64,000 nt of DNA from NCBI RefSeq assembly GCF_030144855.1, contig NC_082714.1, forward strand, positions 80,724,001 to 80,788,000. Direction: 5' to 3'. The translations under genes and the position numbers were made by a program. This DNA is from Hypanus sabinus. Taxonomy: Eukaryota. Each line of letters starts with the position of its first letter. Position 1 is the first letter of the stretch. Shown in pieces: positions 35,701-48,105 of this stretch. The notes beneath the pieces were generated by a model. It was given only the letters and a program-made list of their open reading frames with translations, searched no databases and was not told where the DNA came from.

Positions 35701-36680
35701 ATACATTACGAATTTGGTTTCAATTTCGTAAATTTTTTGGTTTGAATAAATTTATTTTATCATGTCCTATAATATCTAACTATTTTTTTCGGCCTTCATC
35801 TATGGATCAAGCTTTTCTTTTATGGAAAACAAAAGGTATAACATGTTTTCGTGATCTGTTTCTGGATGATAACATTATGTCCTTTGAACAGCTATCTAAT
35901 AAATAGAATTTACCTAAAACCCATTTTTTTAGATATTTGCAAGTTAGAAATTTTTTGTATAATGAGTTACAGTCTTTTTCAAAAGAATGTCCATTGGACA
36001 TTACAGATAGAATTTTAGCCCTTAATCCTTATCAAAAGGGTTTAGTAGCCATCATTTATAAGATGATTATGAATTCACAGTTAGATGTATCAGAAAAAAT
36101 TAAGAAGGAATGGCAAGAAGAGTTGCATTGTCCTATATCCACTGAGCAATGGGAAAAATTTTTATTATTGGTAAATTCGTCCTCTATTTGTGCTAAACAT
36201 GCCCTAATACAATTTAAGGTTGTACATAGAGCTCATATGTCTAAGGATAAACTGGCTCGATTTTATTCTTATGTTAATTCAACCTGCGACAGATGTCATT
36301 CTGATGTTGCTTCATTGACTCATATGTTCTGGTCTTGTCCTTGTTTACAAAATTATTGGAAAGATATTTTCAGTATTATTTCAAGAGTTTTAAATATTAA
36401 TTTTCAACCGCATCCTCTTACTGCAATTTTCGGTTTACCAATGACAGATAATAATCGTTTATCCGCTTCATCTCAACGAATGATTGCATTTGTTACATTA
36501 ATGGCTAGAAGACCTATTTTATTGAATTGGAAAGAAATTAATCCTCCAACTGTATTTCAGTGATTTTCTCAAACTATTTCTTGTTTGAGTTTAGAAAAAA
36601 TTAGAAGTGTGGTTTTTGATCCTTCAGTTAAATTTGAAGAAACTTGGAGACCTTTTATTCAACATTTTCACATGAGTTGA
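32773..36680 (+). pseudogene. L1 ORF2p (APE endonuclease, RT, CCHC), with multiple stops and frameshifts
   Basis: SWNTNGLN, QETH, NVYAPN, SRIDYF, SDHAPL, KASGPDGF, RGTRQGCPLSPLLF, SLYAD and CDRC...HMFWSC. Confidence 0.93.
35190..35348. repeat. Almost pure A/T low-complexity insertion inside L1 ORF2
   Basis: taaata/tataa units interrupt the sequence between IKMM and KFLYLFQ. Confidence 0.9.
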
Positions 36681-37989
36681 ATTGTCTTTTCCTAAACCTT
36701 ACTTATATTATCCTTAATCGATTGGATGGAGGTTCGGAGTTATTGGCACTACTGTATATGTACTTAATATTATTCAATGGCCCATGTTGGTTAGTGTTTT
36801 TTTTTGTTTTTTTTTCTCTTTTTTTGGGGGTTTTTCTTTTTTTTTCTTTTTACTTCTTTGTTCATCATTGTTATAAGTTTGAGAGGTTATATATTTTTAT
36901 TATTACATATCTGAATGTCTATTTAAACTATTAATTATGTACTCTCAAACATTTTGTATTCATGTTTCATTTATGTTTGTTTAAAACTAATAAAAAGATC
37001 TAAAAAGAAAAAGGAAATCTTGAAGTACACACACAAAACACTGGAGGGTCACGGAGCATCGAGGTAGAGGAATAAGCAGTTGACATTCTGGGCTGAGACC
37101 CTTCGTTGGGACTGAAAAGCGAGGGACAAACGCCAGAATAAGAAGGGGCAGGAGCAGAGTACAAGTTGGCAGGTGATAGGCGAGGCCAGGTGCACCCCCT
37201 CCCTCTAGTTCTCCACCTCCTTGGTTCCTTTCTTCCATGGTTTACTTTCCTCTCCTATCAAATTCCTCCTTAGTCAGCTTCTCACCTCAACCTTGCCAGC
37301 TTTTCCCTCGCCTGGTTTCACTTCCCCTCCCGTCATGCAGCTGTCCCTCCTCACTGCTTCCCCGTGGCAGGGCGATCCCTCCTCACAAGCTGCACGCCTC
37401 TCCGCACCCAGTGTTTACTATGATTAAAAATGTAATTCATAGAATTTGTTCGCAAATCCCTTCAAAGAATTGGAGATATTTATCAGGAGCTCTGGGTGTG
37501 CAGGGCCCTTTGCATTGTAAATCAGCCCTCCCATCTGTCCAACAATCTCTTTGACCCTTACTGTCAGGCTGGAGGTACTGCAGTATTAGCCAAGGGCTGT
37601 TAGGATGGGAAACAGATTTTCTCCCAGGCTATAAGACAACTGAACTCCTTGACACCATCCAGGTCTCATCACGTATGAAGTGCCAGTAGTGCTAGCCTGT
37701 TTACTTTTTAACTTCTGATGTAAATGCACCTTATTACTTGTTAATTTATTTGTGGTAATATTACTTCATATGTCGTGTGTGTGAGTTCAGTGTATTTTGT
37801 TGTGCACCTTGGTCCAGAGGAACATTGTTTCATTTGATGGTATACGTGTATACGACTGAATGACAATAAACTGAACTTCAACTTGCTGCGTGCATTGGGT
37901 TACTGTGTTTACTGGCAGAGAAGGGCTGTTGGGGACTGGGGAGAATTTTGCTGGGCAACAGGCAGGCTATGGTGTTGGCTGTCGCTGAT

Positions 37990-38615
37990 GACACTCTCCA
38001 CCCCTCTCTCTCTCTTTTGCCTCCCTCACTGTTCTCCCCTCCCCTTCAAACTTTTCCTCATATATCTTTCTCTCCATATCTCCTCCCTCTTTCCCTCCCT
38101 CCCCTTTGTTACCTCCTACCCATTTCCCTCTGTCCTTTGTATTTTCCCTCCCTCTCCTCCCTCACTTTCCATTCTACCATCCTCCTTCATCCTTTTCACT
38201 TTCTCCCACTCTCATTCTCTACTACCTCTCTCTACATTCCCACTCCCCCTCATACCCCACTCCCCTTCTCCTCTCTTCACCCTCTCTCCCCCCCCACATT
38301 TCCCCTTCCCCATCCCCCCTGCCCCCTCCTCCCCTGCATCCTTCTCCCCCTCCCCTCACACCACCCCTCTCCTCTCACTCTCCCTCCCCTTCACACCCCC
38401 TCTCCCTTCTTCCCTCACTCTGCCTCCACCTCCTCTCACGCCACCCTCCCTCTCTCCTCCCACCATCCCTCTACCCTACCCCTCTGTCTTCCCCTCCTTC
38501 CTCCCGCTTTTTGCTTCCTCCTCATCCTTCCCTTCTCTCTTCCTTCCTCCACCTTCTTCCTCCCCCTTTCCCTCTTCCCTCCCTACTCCCTGTTACCCTC
38601 CTCTCCTCTCTCGGC
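37990..38615 (+). repeat. ~620-nt polypyrimidine tract directly upstream of the VPS72 exon 2 acceptor
   Basis: C/T-dominated; I found no AG dinucleotide between 37966 and the acceptor AG at 38616-38617. Confidence 0.9.
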
Positions 38616-38617
38616 AG

Positions 38618-38770
38618 GAGTCCGGAGATGACGAGTACAATACGGACCAGTCAGAGAGCGAGGACGAGGTGGACTCGGACTTCGACATTGATGAGGGCGA
38701 TGAGCCAGCCAGCGACCAGGAGGATGACGAGCCGCGCAGGAAACGCCGTGTCATCACCAAAGTCTACAAG
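38618..38770 (+). CDS. VPS72: VPS72 exon 2
   Basis: cag|ESGDDEYNTDQSESEDEVDSDFDIDEGDEPASDQEDDEPRRKRRVITKVYK|gtaagg; 153 nt. Confidence 0.97.
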
Positions 38771-39509
38771 GTAAGGTGAGGTGTGGGTGGGTGCAGAAAC
38801 TCATCCTCTTATGTATCTGACTGCCAGCTCGTTGACTGCAGGACAGATCGCGGATCAGATGATGGGAGTTGGCATCCCATTCCTCACCCTGCCAGAGTCT
38901 AGTTCTATTCAGACACTGACACAGAACCTGTTCACCTTCTACGGGGCTCAACTCTTTGCTCCCCTGGGGGGGGAGTTAGTCCATGCATTTGCCATATTAC
39001 CTCTCCCCATCTACAAGGCACAGGTCAGGAGTGTGACGGGACACTCTCTATGGACACCCTTCTTTATCATCCTTACGACCCTTAATGGCACTCATTCACT
39101 TTCTCAAAACAATCGCTGATTCTCTCTTTTGCTTTCACATTGCAACCAGCTTCCTCTGATGGGCTCCATCTGCACTTCTCACTGCTTCAGTACAGCAGCT
39201 AGTATGATCAAAGACTCCCTCCTCCCACTGGGTAGAAGCACAAACCCCACTGTGAAAAGCCGGAGAGTGGTTCCTCATTATGGCCTTATACCTTACTGAT
39301 GACCTGCCCTCATTTTCTCTGTAACTGGAACACTAGACTGCATTCTGATGTTGCACATTCAATGGTATTTCCATCACTGAATCCACCACCATCACTATCT
39401 ATGTGACTGCCTTTGACCGGAAACTGAACTGGAGTAGCCCTTGACATGCAATTTGGCTACAAGAGCTGATAGAGGGAAATACCTCAAAACTCCCCAAAAC
39501 CTGATCACC

Positions 39510-40045
39510 TGTCTACAAGGCTCAACTCTCCACTCCCCCTGGGTGGAGTTAATCCATGCGCTCAACATTTGCCACATTACCTCTCCCCTGTCTACAAGGC
39601 AAAGGTCAGGAGTGTGTGAATGGACACTCTCCAATCCCCTGGGTGGAGTTAATCTATGCGCTCAACATTTGCCACATTACCTCCCCCCTGTCTACAAGGC
39701 ACAGGTCAGGAGTGTGTGAATGGACACTCTCCAATCCCCTGGGTGGAGTTAATCTATGCGCTCAACATTTGCCACATTACCTCCCCCCTGTCTACAAGGC
39801 ACAGGTCAGGAGTGTGTGAATGGACACTCTCCAATCCCCTGGGTGGAGTTAATCTATGCGCTCAACATTTGCCACATTACCTCCCCCCTGTCTACAAGGC
39901 ACAGGTCAGGAGTGTGTGAATGGACACTCTCCAATCCCCTGGGTGGAGTTAATCTATGCGCTCAACATTTGCCACATTACCTCTCCCCTGTCTACAAGGC
40001 AAAGGTCAGGAGTGTGTGAATGGACACTCTCCAATTCCCTGGGTA
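39510..40045 (+). repeat. 100-bp tandem repeat (~5 copies) at the 5' edge of a decayed LINE fragment (to ~40470)
   Basis: Unit tctacaaggcacaggtcaggagtgtgtgaatggacactctccaatcccctgggtggagttaatctatgcgctcaacatttgccacattacctcccccctg; ORFs recur at 100-bp offsets; encodes YKAQVRSV. Confidence 0.93.
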
Positions 40046-40577
40046 AGTACAGCTCCAACAACTCTCGGGAAGCATGGCACAACCTGAGACAAAGCCGCCC
40101 AATCAGTTGTGGCACCCCATCCACAACCACTCACTTTGTTACTGACGCACGGTAGCAGCAATCTGTACAGGATGCACTGCAGCGATGTAGCAGAGCTCCT
40201 AAGACATAAATCTTCCAAATCCACAACCTCTACCAGATAGAAGGACGAGAGCCACAAAACCACAGGGAACAGTACCTCTGGAAGTTGCCCTCAGAGCACA
40301 CATCATCCCTTTTGGAAATATATTGCCGTTCCTTCACCGTCACTCGGTCAAAATGTTGGAAGTGCTTCCCTAACAGCTTCCTCACACCTCAAGGACTGCA
40401 GCGGTTGTAGAAGGCAGCTCAGCGATACCTCCTCAAAGCAACTAGGGACAAATAATTAAATGCTGGTTCAGCCTCGTGTGGACAAAACACTGGGTGGGCT
40501 GAAGGTCCTGTTTCTGTGCTGGATCTCTCTGTGTTCCTCCCCCCATGCCAGAGTTAATGCCTGTTGTCATTCTGCAG

Positions 40578-40701
40578 GAGCCAGTGAAGTCGAGTCGGCC
40601 AAAAGCCAAGCCCAGGAAGTCCTCGGGCACCCCTGGCACGTCAGAGAAAGCATATCCTGAGAAGGGGGATGCCACCGATCTCCCAGACGAATTTGGAGAA
40701 C
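40578..40701 (+). CDS. VPS72: VPS72 exon 3
   Basis: tgcag|EPVKSSRPKAKPRKSSGTPGTSEKAYPEKGDATDLPDEFGE+C|gtaagt; 124 nt, phase 0/1. Confidence 0.92.
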
Positions 40702-41456
40702 GTAAGTGTCCATTACCACATGTTGTTCACTCACTAACAAAAGCAGGTGGACTCAGGTATGCACAGGGTTGACAGCGGCAGACTGTGGTAATCCAGACCA
40801 TTGGTGCTCTGTGCATGTATGTAATCTACATATTCTCTGTGTGACGGTGTGGTGCTCAGTTCCCTCCCACATTCTCACTACGTGGGGTAGATGGGTTAAT
40901 CAGCTGATGTGGCTGAGAGGTACAACCTCTGCTTTTGGTGTGCTCTTCGGATCCAGTCTGATGAACGTTCCCTTTAATCTTTATAAAGACGTCTGGGACT
41001 GGGGTAGGTCTCTTAGCCAAGTGGGTCTGACTAACCACCAACCACCCATTTACGTCCATCAAATTTCATTCTCCTGTCAAGTCCCCCCAGATTCTACCCC
41101 TCTTCAACATACCGGGGGGGGGGGGTGTTACAAGTTACTGAGGGCAATTAATCCTCCAACCCAATGCATCACTGGGGGGGGGGGGGGGGTCGAAGCTGGA
41201 CCACCTGAGGGAAACCCACATGCATGCACACACACACAGAGACCCCAGTGGAGGTCAGGACTTAACCTGGAATGGGTGTACTGCAGTCGAGACCACTGTC
41301 GGAGGTATCTGGTCGGGGGAGGTTGGGGGTGTTATCTTGCTGTGTCAGAAATCAGTAGGAGCAGTGACAGGATGGGGGTTCTGAGTTTTCAAGTCAGGAG
41401 CCACAACTGACCATGACCGTCCATTCCTCGACTCCTTCCTTCCCCTCTCCCTGCAG

Positions 41457-41642
41457 GTGGTCGTAAGTCAGTGCGGCAGTCGACCACAGAGCACACCCGG
41501 CTGACGTACCTGCGGGTGCAGGAGCGCCAGGTGCAGCCCCGCCGCCTTCGCAAGGCGCCGCACGCAGAGACCCACCAGCTCAGCCAGGAGGAGCTGCTGG
41601 CGGAGGCCAAGCTCACCGAAGAGATCAACCTGCGCTCCCTGG
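41457..41642 (+). CDS. VPS72: VPS72 exon 4
   Basis: ctgcag|(R)GRKSVRQSTTEHTRLTYLRVQERQ...LSQEELLAEAKLTEEINLRSL+G|gtagg; 186 nt, phase 1/1. Confidence 0.96.
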
Positions 41643-43196
41643 GTAGGTTCAGAAGCACAGGGCTGCCCGCTCAGCACATGCTCATCCCGCCCGATGGTTA
41701 GAGCTGCTGCCTCGTGGATTCGACCCCCACTTCCAGTGTCGAGTGTGCATGTGTGTCAGTCTGTGTGTGTGTGTGTATCTTTGTTTGCACACGTGTTTGG
41801 TCTGTCTTTGTGTGTGTGATTTGCATCTTCTCCCTGTGATTGTGTGAGTGTCCCCCTCAGGTGTTCCATTTCCCTCCCCCGTCCCAAAGATGCGACTCAC
41901 CTAATTTTCCAATGTCTCTTGCCCAAAGACAAGACGCATGTCAGGACACTCCACTTCCATGGGTGAGTGCATCTCCCACAACAGTCAAGATGCTTGACTC
42001 CACAAGGCAGCATCCACAAACACTAGCTCACCACCTGTCGGGGTGAGGGGAAAGAGAATCTCCAGGGCGGGTGGGGTCTTTAATTATGCTGGCTGCTTTC
42101 TCAAGGCAGAGTGAAGGCTGGTTTCCATGATGTACTGAATTGTGCCCACAGTTCTCTCGTGGCCCGAATATGTTCTCTGTGATGCACTGTAAAAAAAGAT
42201 TGGTGAGGACGTGCTGAATTCCTTATCCTCCTGAGGAGGAGAAACATCAGTGGACTTTTGCATCCAGCACAGCAAAGTAATGTAGTGCAGTGGTCCCCGA
42301 CCACTGGGCCACAAAGCGTGTGCTACCGGGCCGTGAGGAAACAATATGAAGCGAGCGATATGAGTCAGTTGGGGACCACTGATGTATTCAGTCAGCCCCG
42401 ATCAAGTAGAGACTTGAACAAACTTCCATAGATGCAGAGTGGAGAGTGTGGGTTGGTACGGAAACACCACTGCCCGGGAACAGAATCGTCTACCGAAAGT
42501 GGTGGACACAGCCCAGTCCATCACAGGCAAAGCCCTCCCCACCATTGACATGGAGCGCTGCAACAAGCAAAGCAGCGTCCATCTGGGCCATGCTCTCTTT
42601 GCTGCTACCATCGGGCAGAGGCACCCACACCACCCGTGTTACCAGTAAGGACAAATTCACTCACCTCAGCTCTAATTGATTCCACGACTAACAGACTCAC
42701 TTTCAAGGTCTTTACAACTCACGTCCTCAGTGCTATTTTTATTTGCAGTTTGTCTTTTGCACATTAGTTGTTTGTCAGTTTTTGTTCATGTATGCTGTTT
42801 CATAAAGTTATATTGTATGTCCCTTTTCCTGTGAATGCCTGTAAAAATGAATCATATGGTAGTGTATGTACTTTGATAATAAACTTACTTTGAACTCTGA
42901 GTGATGGGATAGTCTAGAGGGACTGAAGGTCCTCCAAGTGACCGTGCTGTAAATGCTTAACTGTGCTGGGAGCTCTCTGTCTGATCTCTCTCGCCCTCCC
43001 CACATAGAACTTTTCAGACTCGATGGTGTGGTTAGCGTTACACTTTACAATGCCAGTTCCTCCTGCTCTCTGTGACCATAAAGTACGGTGACACTTGTAT
43101 CCAGCACAATCTTTGGAAACTGTTGGCCGTTGACACTGTGTGTTTTGATGTACTTGACAAAAGTTAACCTTTGACTCTTTTATCCCACTCCTGCAG

Positions 43197-43341
43197 AGAA
43201 CTACGAGCGGCTGGAGGCGGACAAGAAGAAGCAGGTGCTGAAGAAGCGGAGGTGCGTGGGACCCACGATCCGTTTCCATTCCGTCACCATGCCGCTGGTC
43301 ACTGAGATCAACGTAAAGGAGGAAAACGTGGATGTAGAAGG
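43197..43341 (+). CDS. VPS72: VPS72 exon 5
   Basis: ctgcag|(E)NYERLEADKKKQVLKKRRCVGPTIRFHSVTMPLVTEINVKEENVDVE+GG|gtgagt; 145 nt, phase 1/2. Not shown in the ORF track. Confidence 0.96.
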
Positions 43342-43419
43342 GTGAGTGGGGGGCCATGTGGAGAGGGAGGGGAGGGGATGATGGCTCCCCTGCTTTCCAT
43401 GAAATGCAGGATCGGTATT

Positions 43420-45908
43420 CACTCACAAGGTGGTGATTGTGGGAGATTTTAATTTTCCACACGTAGACTGGGAAGCTCATTCTGTAAAAGGGCTGGATGG
43501 TTTAGAGTTTGTGAAATGTGTGCAGGATAGTTTTTTGCATACATAGAAATACCGACTAGAGATGGGGCAGTGTTGGATCTCCTGTTAGGGAATGCGATAG
43601 GTCAGCTGACAGATGTATGTGTTGGGGAGCACTTCGGGTCCAGTGATCACAATAGCATTAGCTTCAATATAATTATGGAGAAGGACAGGACAGGACCTAG
43701 AGTTGAGATTTTTGATTGGAGAAAGGCTAACTTTGAGGAGATGCGAAGGGATTTAGAGAGAGTGGATTGGGTCAAGTTGTTTTATGGGAAGGATGTAATA
43801 GAGAAATGGAGGTCATTTAAGGGTGAAATTATGAGGGTACAGAATCTTTATGTTCCTGTTAGGTTGAAAGGAAAGGTTAAAGGTTTGAAAGCACCATGGT
43901 TTTCAAGGGATATTAGAAAATTGGTTCGGAAAAAGATGGATGTCTACTATAGATATAGGCAGCATGGAGTAAAGGAATTGCTCGAGGAATATAAAGAATG
44001 TAAAAGGAATCTTAAGAAAGAGATTAGAAAAGCTAAAAGAAGATACGAGGTTGGTTTGGCAAATAAGGTGAAAGTAAATCCGAAAGGTTTCTACAGTTAT
44101 ATTAAAAGCAAGAGGATAGTGAGGGATAAAATTGACCCCTTAGAGAATCAGAGTGGTCAGCTATGTGTGGAGCCGAGGGAGATGGGAGAGATTTTGAACG
44201 ATTTCTTCTCATCGGTATTCACTAAGGAGAAGGATATTGAATTGTGTAAGATGTGGGAAACACGTAAGGAAGTTATGGAACCTATGACAATTAAAGAGGT
44301 GGAAGTACTGGCGCTTTTAAGAAATTTAAAAGTGGATAAATCTCCGGGTTCTGACAGGATATTCCCCAGGACCTTGAGGGAAGTTTGTGTAGAAATAGCA
44401 GGAGCTCTGACGGAGATCTTTAAGATGTTATTAGAAACGGGGATTGTGCCGGAGGATTGGCGTATTGCTCATGTGGTTCCATTGTTTAAAAAGGGTTCTA
44501 GAAGTAAGCCTAGCAATTATAGACCTGTCAGTTTGACATCAGTGGTGGGTAAATTAATGGAAAGTATTCTTAGAGATAGTATTAATAATTATCTGGATAG
44601 ACAGGATCTGATTAGGAGTAGCCAGCATTTGTGCGTGGTAGGTCATGTTTGACAAACCTTATTGAATTTTTTGAAGAAGTTACAAGGAATGTTGACGAGG
44701 GTAAGGCAGTGGATGTAGTCTATATGGACTTCAGCAAAGCCTTTGACAAAGTTCCACATGGAAGGTTAGTTAAGGAGGTTCAGTCGTTAGGTATTAATGC
44801 TGGAGTAATAAAATGGATTCAACAGTGGCTAGATGGGAGATGCCAGAGAGTAGTGGTGGATAATTGTTTATCGGGATGGAGGCCGGTGACTAGCGGGGTG
44901 CCTCAGGGATCTGTTTTGGGCCCAATGTTGTTTGTAATATACATAAATGATCTGGATGATGGGGTGGTAAATTGGATTAGTAAGTATGACGATGATACTA
45001 AGGTAGGAGGTGTTGTGGATAATGAGGTGGATTTTCAAAGCTTGCAGGGAGATTTATGCCGGTTAGAAGAATGGGCTGAATGTTGGCAGATGGAGTTTAA
45101 TGCTGAGAAGTGTGAGGTTCTACATTTTGGCAGGAATAATCCAAATAGAACATACAGAGTAAATGGTAGGGCATTGAGGAATGCAGAGGAACAGAGAGAT
45201 CTAGGAATAACTGTGCATAGTTCCCTGAAAGTGGAGTCTCATGTAGATAGGGTGGTGAAGAGGGCTTTTGGAACGCTGGCCTTTATAAATCAAAGCATTG
45301 AGTACAGAAGTTGGGATGTAATGTTAAAATTGTACAAGGCATTGGTAAGGCCAAATTTGGAATATTGTGTGCAGTTCTGGTCACCGAATTATAGGAAAGT
45401 TATCAATAAATTAGAGAGAGTGCAGAGACGATTTACTAGGATGTTACCTGGGTTTCAGCACTTAAGTTACAGAGAAAGGTTGAACAAGTTAGGTCTCTAT
45501 TCATTGGAGCGTAGAAGGTTGAGGGGGGATTTGATCGAGGTATTTAAAATTTTGAGAGGGATAGATAGAGTTGATGTGAATAGGCTGTTTCCATTGAGAG
45601 TAGGGGAGATTCAAACGAGAGGACATGATTTGAGAGTTAGGGGGCAGAAGTTTAAGGGAAGCACGAGGGGGTATTTCTTTACTCAGAAAGTGATAGCTGT
45701 GTGGAATGAGCTTCCTGTAGAAGTAGTGGAGGCCAGTTCAGTTGTGTCATTTAAGGTAAAATTGGATAGGTATATGGACAGGAAAGGAGTGGAGGGTTAT
45801 GGGCTGAGTGCGGGTAGGTGGGACTAGGTGAGATTAAGAGTTCGGCACGGACTAGGAGGGCCGAGATGGCCTGTTTCCGTGCTGTGATTGTTATATGGTT
45901 ATATGGTA
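43420..45908 (+). mobile_element. Young 5'-truncated CR1 LINE in VPS72 intron 5
   Basis: ORF2 from the endonuclease (GDFN, SSDH) through RT (KSPG.D, DFSKAFDKVPH, GVPQGSVLGP) to the C-terminus. The two long ORFs (43570-44652, 44631-45827) are separated by one frameshift at ~44628; tail ttatatggttatatgg. Confidence 0.96.
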
Positions 45909-47059
45909 GATTGGTTTATTATTGTCACACGTGCAAAACTCTGTTTTGAATGCCATCCATTGTGTTGCATCAGTACTTTGAGATAACCCAAGTGAAAACA
46001 ACAACAGAATGCAGAACAAGTGTTATTGTTGCAAAGAAAGTGCAGTGCAGACAGGCACTAAGGTACAAGGGCCATAACGAGTTAGATTGTGCTGTTAAGA
46101 GCCCATCGTGTTGTACTAGAGGTAGAAGCTGTCCTTCAGCCCTGTGGTACATGCTTTCTGGGTTTTTATCTTGTACAGTAACAAAGAACCTTTGACCTCA
46201 CAGTCTGACTCATTGGACTCTACTACTATCAGCTCCTACCTCCTGCTGCGTTCTGTGAAAGCACATAGCACCTGGCTCAAGGACAGCTTCTATCCCACTT
46301 TTATAAGAGCATTGAGTAGTTCCCCAGCACAATAAGATTGTCTCTTGACCTCACAATCTTCCTCGTCTTGGCCCTTGCACCTTATTGTCTGCCTGCGCTG
46401 CACTTTCTGTGTAACTGTGACACTTCATTCTGCATTCTGTTACTGTGTTCCCTTGGACTACCTCAGTCTATCGAGGTGCTGAAGTACTCTGTACAGATGG
46501 CATGCAAAACAATGTTCAATGGGTTATTGTCACATGTACTAATTACAGTGAGAAACTTAAAGTTATCCATTTTGTCATACAAGGGGTCCGTTAAGTAGTG
46601 TTCTAACAGTGAGGAAGCAGCTGTCCTTGAATGTGGTGGTAGTACATCATTTTAGGCTTTTTATTTACCGCCCTTTGGGAGGGAGAAGAAGAGGGAATGT
46701 TCATTGTTGGAGGGGTATTTGATCATGTTGGCTGCTACACTGAGGCAGTGAGAAGTGTAGACAGTTCATTGAGGGAAGGCTGCTTTTAAGCTTCCAGAGA
46801 GTTACTGGAGCCACATTCACACAAGCAAGTGGAAAGCGTCCTGTCATACTCTGACCAATGCCTTGTAGAGCTCTGGACAATGTCAGGGTGGATTTTGGTA
46901 GGCATTTGGAAAGGTCCTTCATGGAAGACATCCAGAAGAATATGCATGGGATCTCTGGTGAATAGGCTGTTTGCATTCAGACAGGGTCTTATTCTGGCTG
47001 GAGGTCTATGTCTAGTGATGTTCTGCAGAGATCTACATTGGCACATCTGCTGTTTGTGA

Positions 47060-48105
47060 TCGATATAAATGAAAATGTAGATGGGTAGCTTAGTGAGTTT
47101 TCAGGTGATACAAAATTTGGTGGTGTGGACAGTGTAGAAGGTTGTAAAAAGGTACAGCAGAGATACACTGTAGATTAGGTGCAGATAAAGGCAGAGAACT
47201 GGCAAATGGAGTTAAACGCAGCTAAATATGAAGTGTTGAATGTAAAGTACACTGTTAGAGCAATTCCTTTAACAAGTGTGGAGAGCAGAGTCCAAGTTCA
47301 TAGCTGCCAGAAAGCGGCCACACGGGTTGATATGATGGCAAAGAAGGCGTATGGCATGCTTGCCTTCATCAGCCGAGGGAAATTATGTTGCAGCTTTATA
47401 AAACTCTGGTTAGGCCGCATCTGGAGCTTTGCATTCGTTTCTGTTCAAACCATTACAGGAAGGATGTGGAGGCTTTAGAGAGGGTGCAGAAGAGGTTCAG
47501 CAGAATGCTGCCTGGATTGGAGGATATGAGCTAAAAGGAGAGGTTGGACAGACTTGGGTTGTTTTCTGTAGAGCAGTCAGGGTGAGGAGAGGCCTGATAG
47601 AAGTCTGTGGGATTATGAGAAGCAGTGATAGAATAGACAGTCAGTATCCTCTTCCCAGGATTGAAGGATCTAATACTAGAGGAGGACAGGCACTTCAAAG
47701 TTCACAGTAAAATTCAATATCGAAGTACATATATGTCACCACATGCAACCCTGAGATTCTTTTTTTCTGCGGGCATACTTAGCAAACCTGTAGAACAGTA
47801 ACTGTAAACAGGATCTGTAAACTGTAAACAAATTGTAAATGCAGATAAGGTGAGAAGGAGAAAGTTCAAAGGAGGTGTGTTGAACAAGTTTTTTTTTTAC
47901 ATAGAGCGGTGGGAGACTGGAGTGTGTTGCCAGGGTGGTGGTGAAGGCAGATACCATAGGGGCCTTCAAGAAACTCTTAAGGCACATGAATGGAAGGATA
48001 TAGACAATTGTGTAGGCAAAAGAGATTAGTTGGACAACTGATTACTAATTTCATTAGTTTGGCACAAGATTGTGGGGCAAAGGGCCTATTTCTGTGCTGT
48101 AGACT
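47060..48105 (+). mobile_element. Decayed CR1 3' half with an internal insertion
   Basis: AENWQMELNAAKYEVL...KKAYGMLAFISRG...RRGLIEV; 3' UTR gggcctatttctgtgctgt. Confidence 0.75.

Larger units (their letters stand above)
30984..37012 (+). mobile_element. Full-length L1-clade LINE (ORF1 intact, ORF2 disrupted)
   Basis: 5' end ggggg...aagatggcg; ORF1 and ORF2; aataaa and A-rich tail; 11-bp TSD ggaaatcttga at 30973-30983 and 37013-37023. Confidence 0.96.

Noticed and set aside
37883-38779. 298-aa single-exon ORF
   Set aside because: Only 38618-38770 is coding (VPS72 exon 2); the rest is the stop-poor pyrimidine tract.
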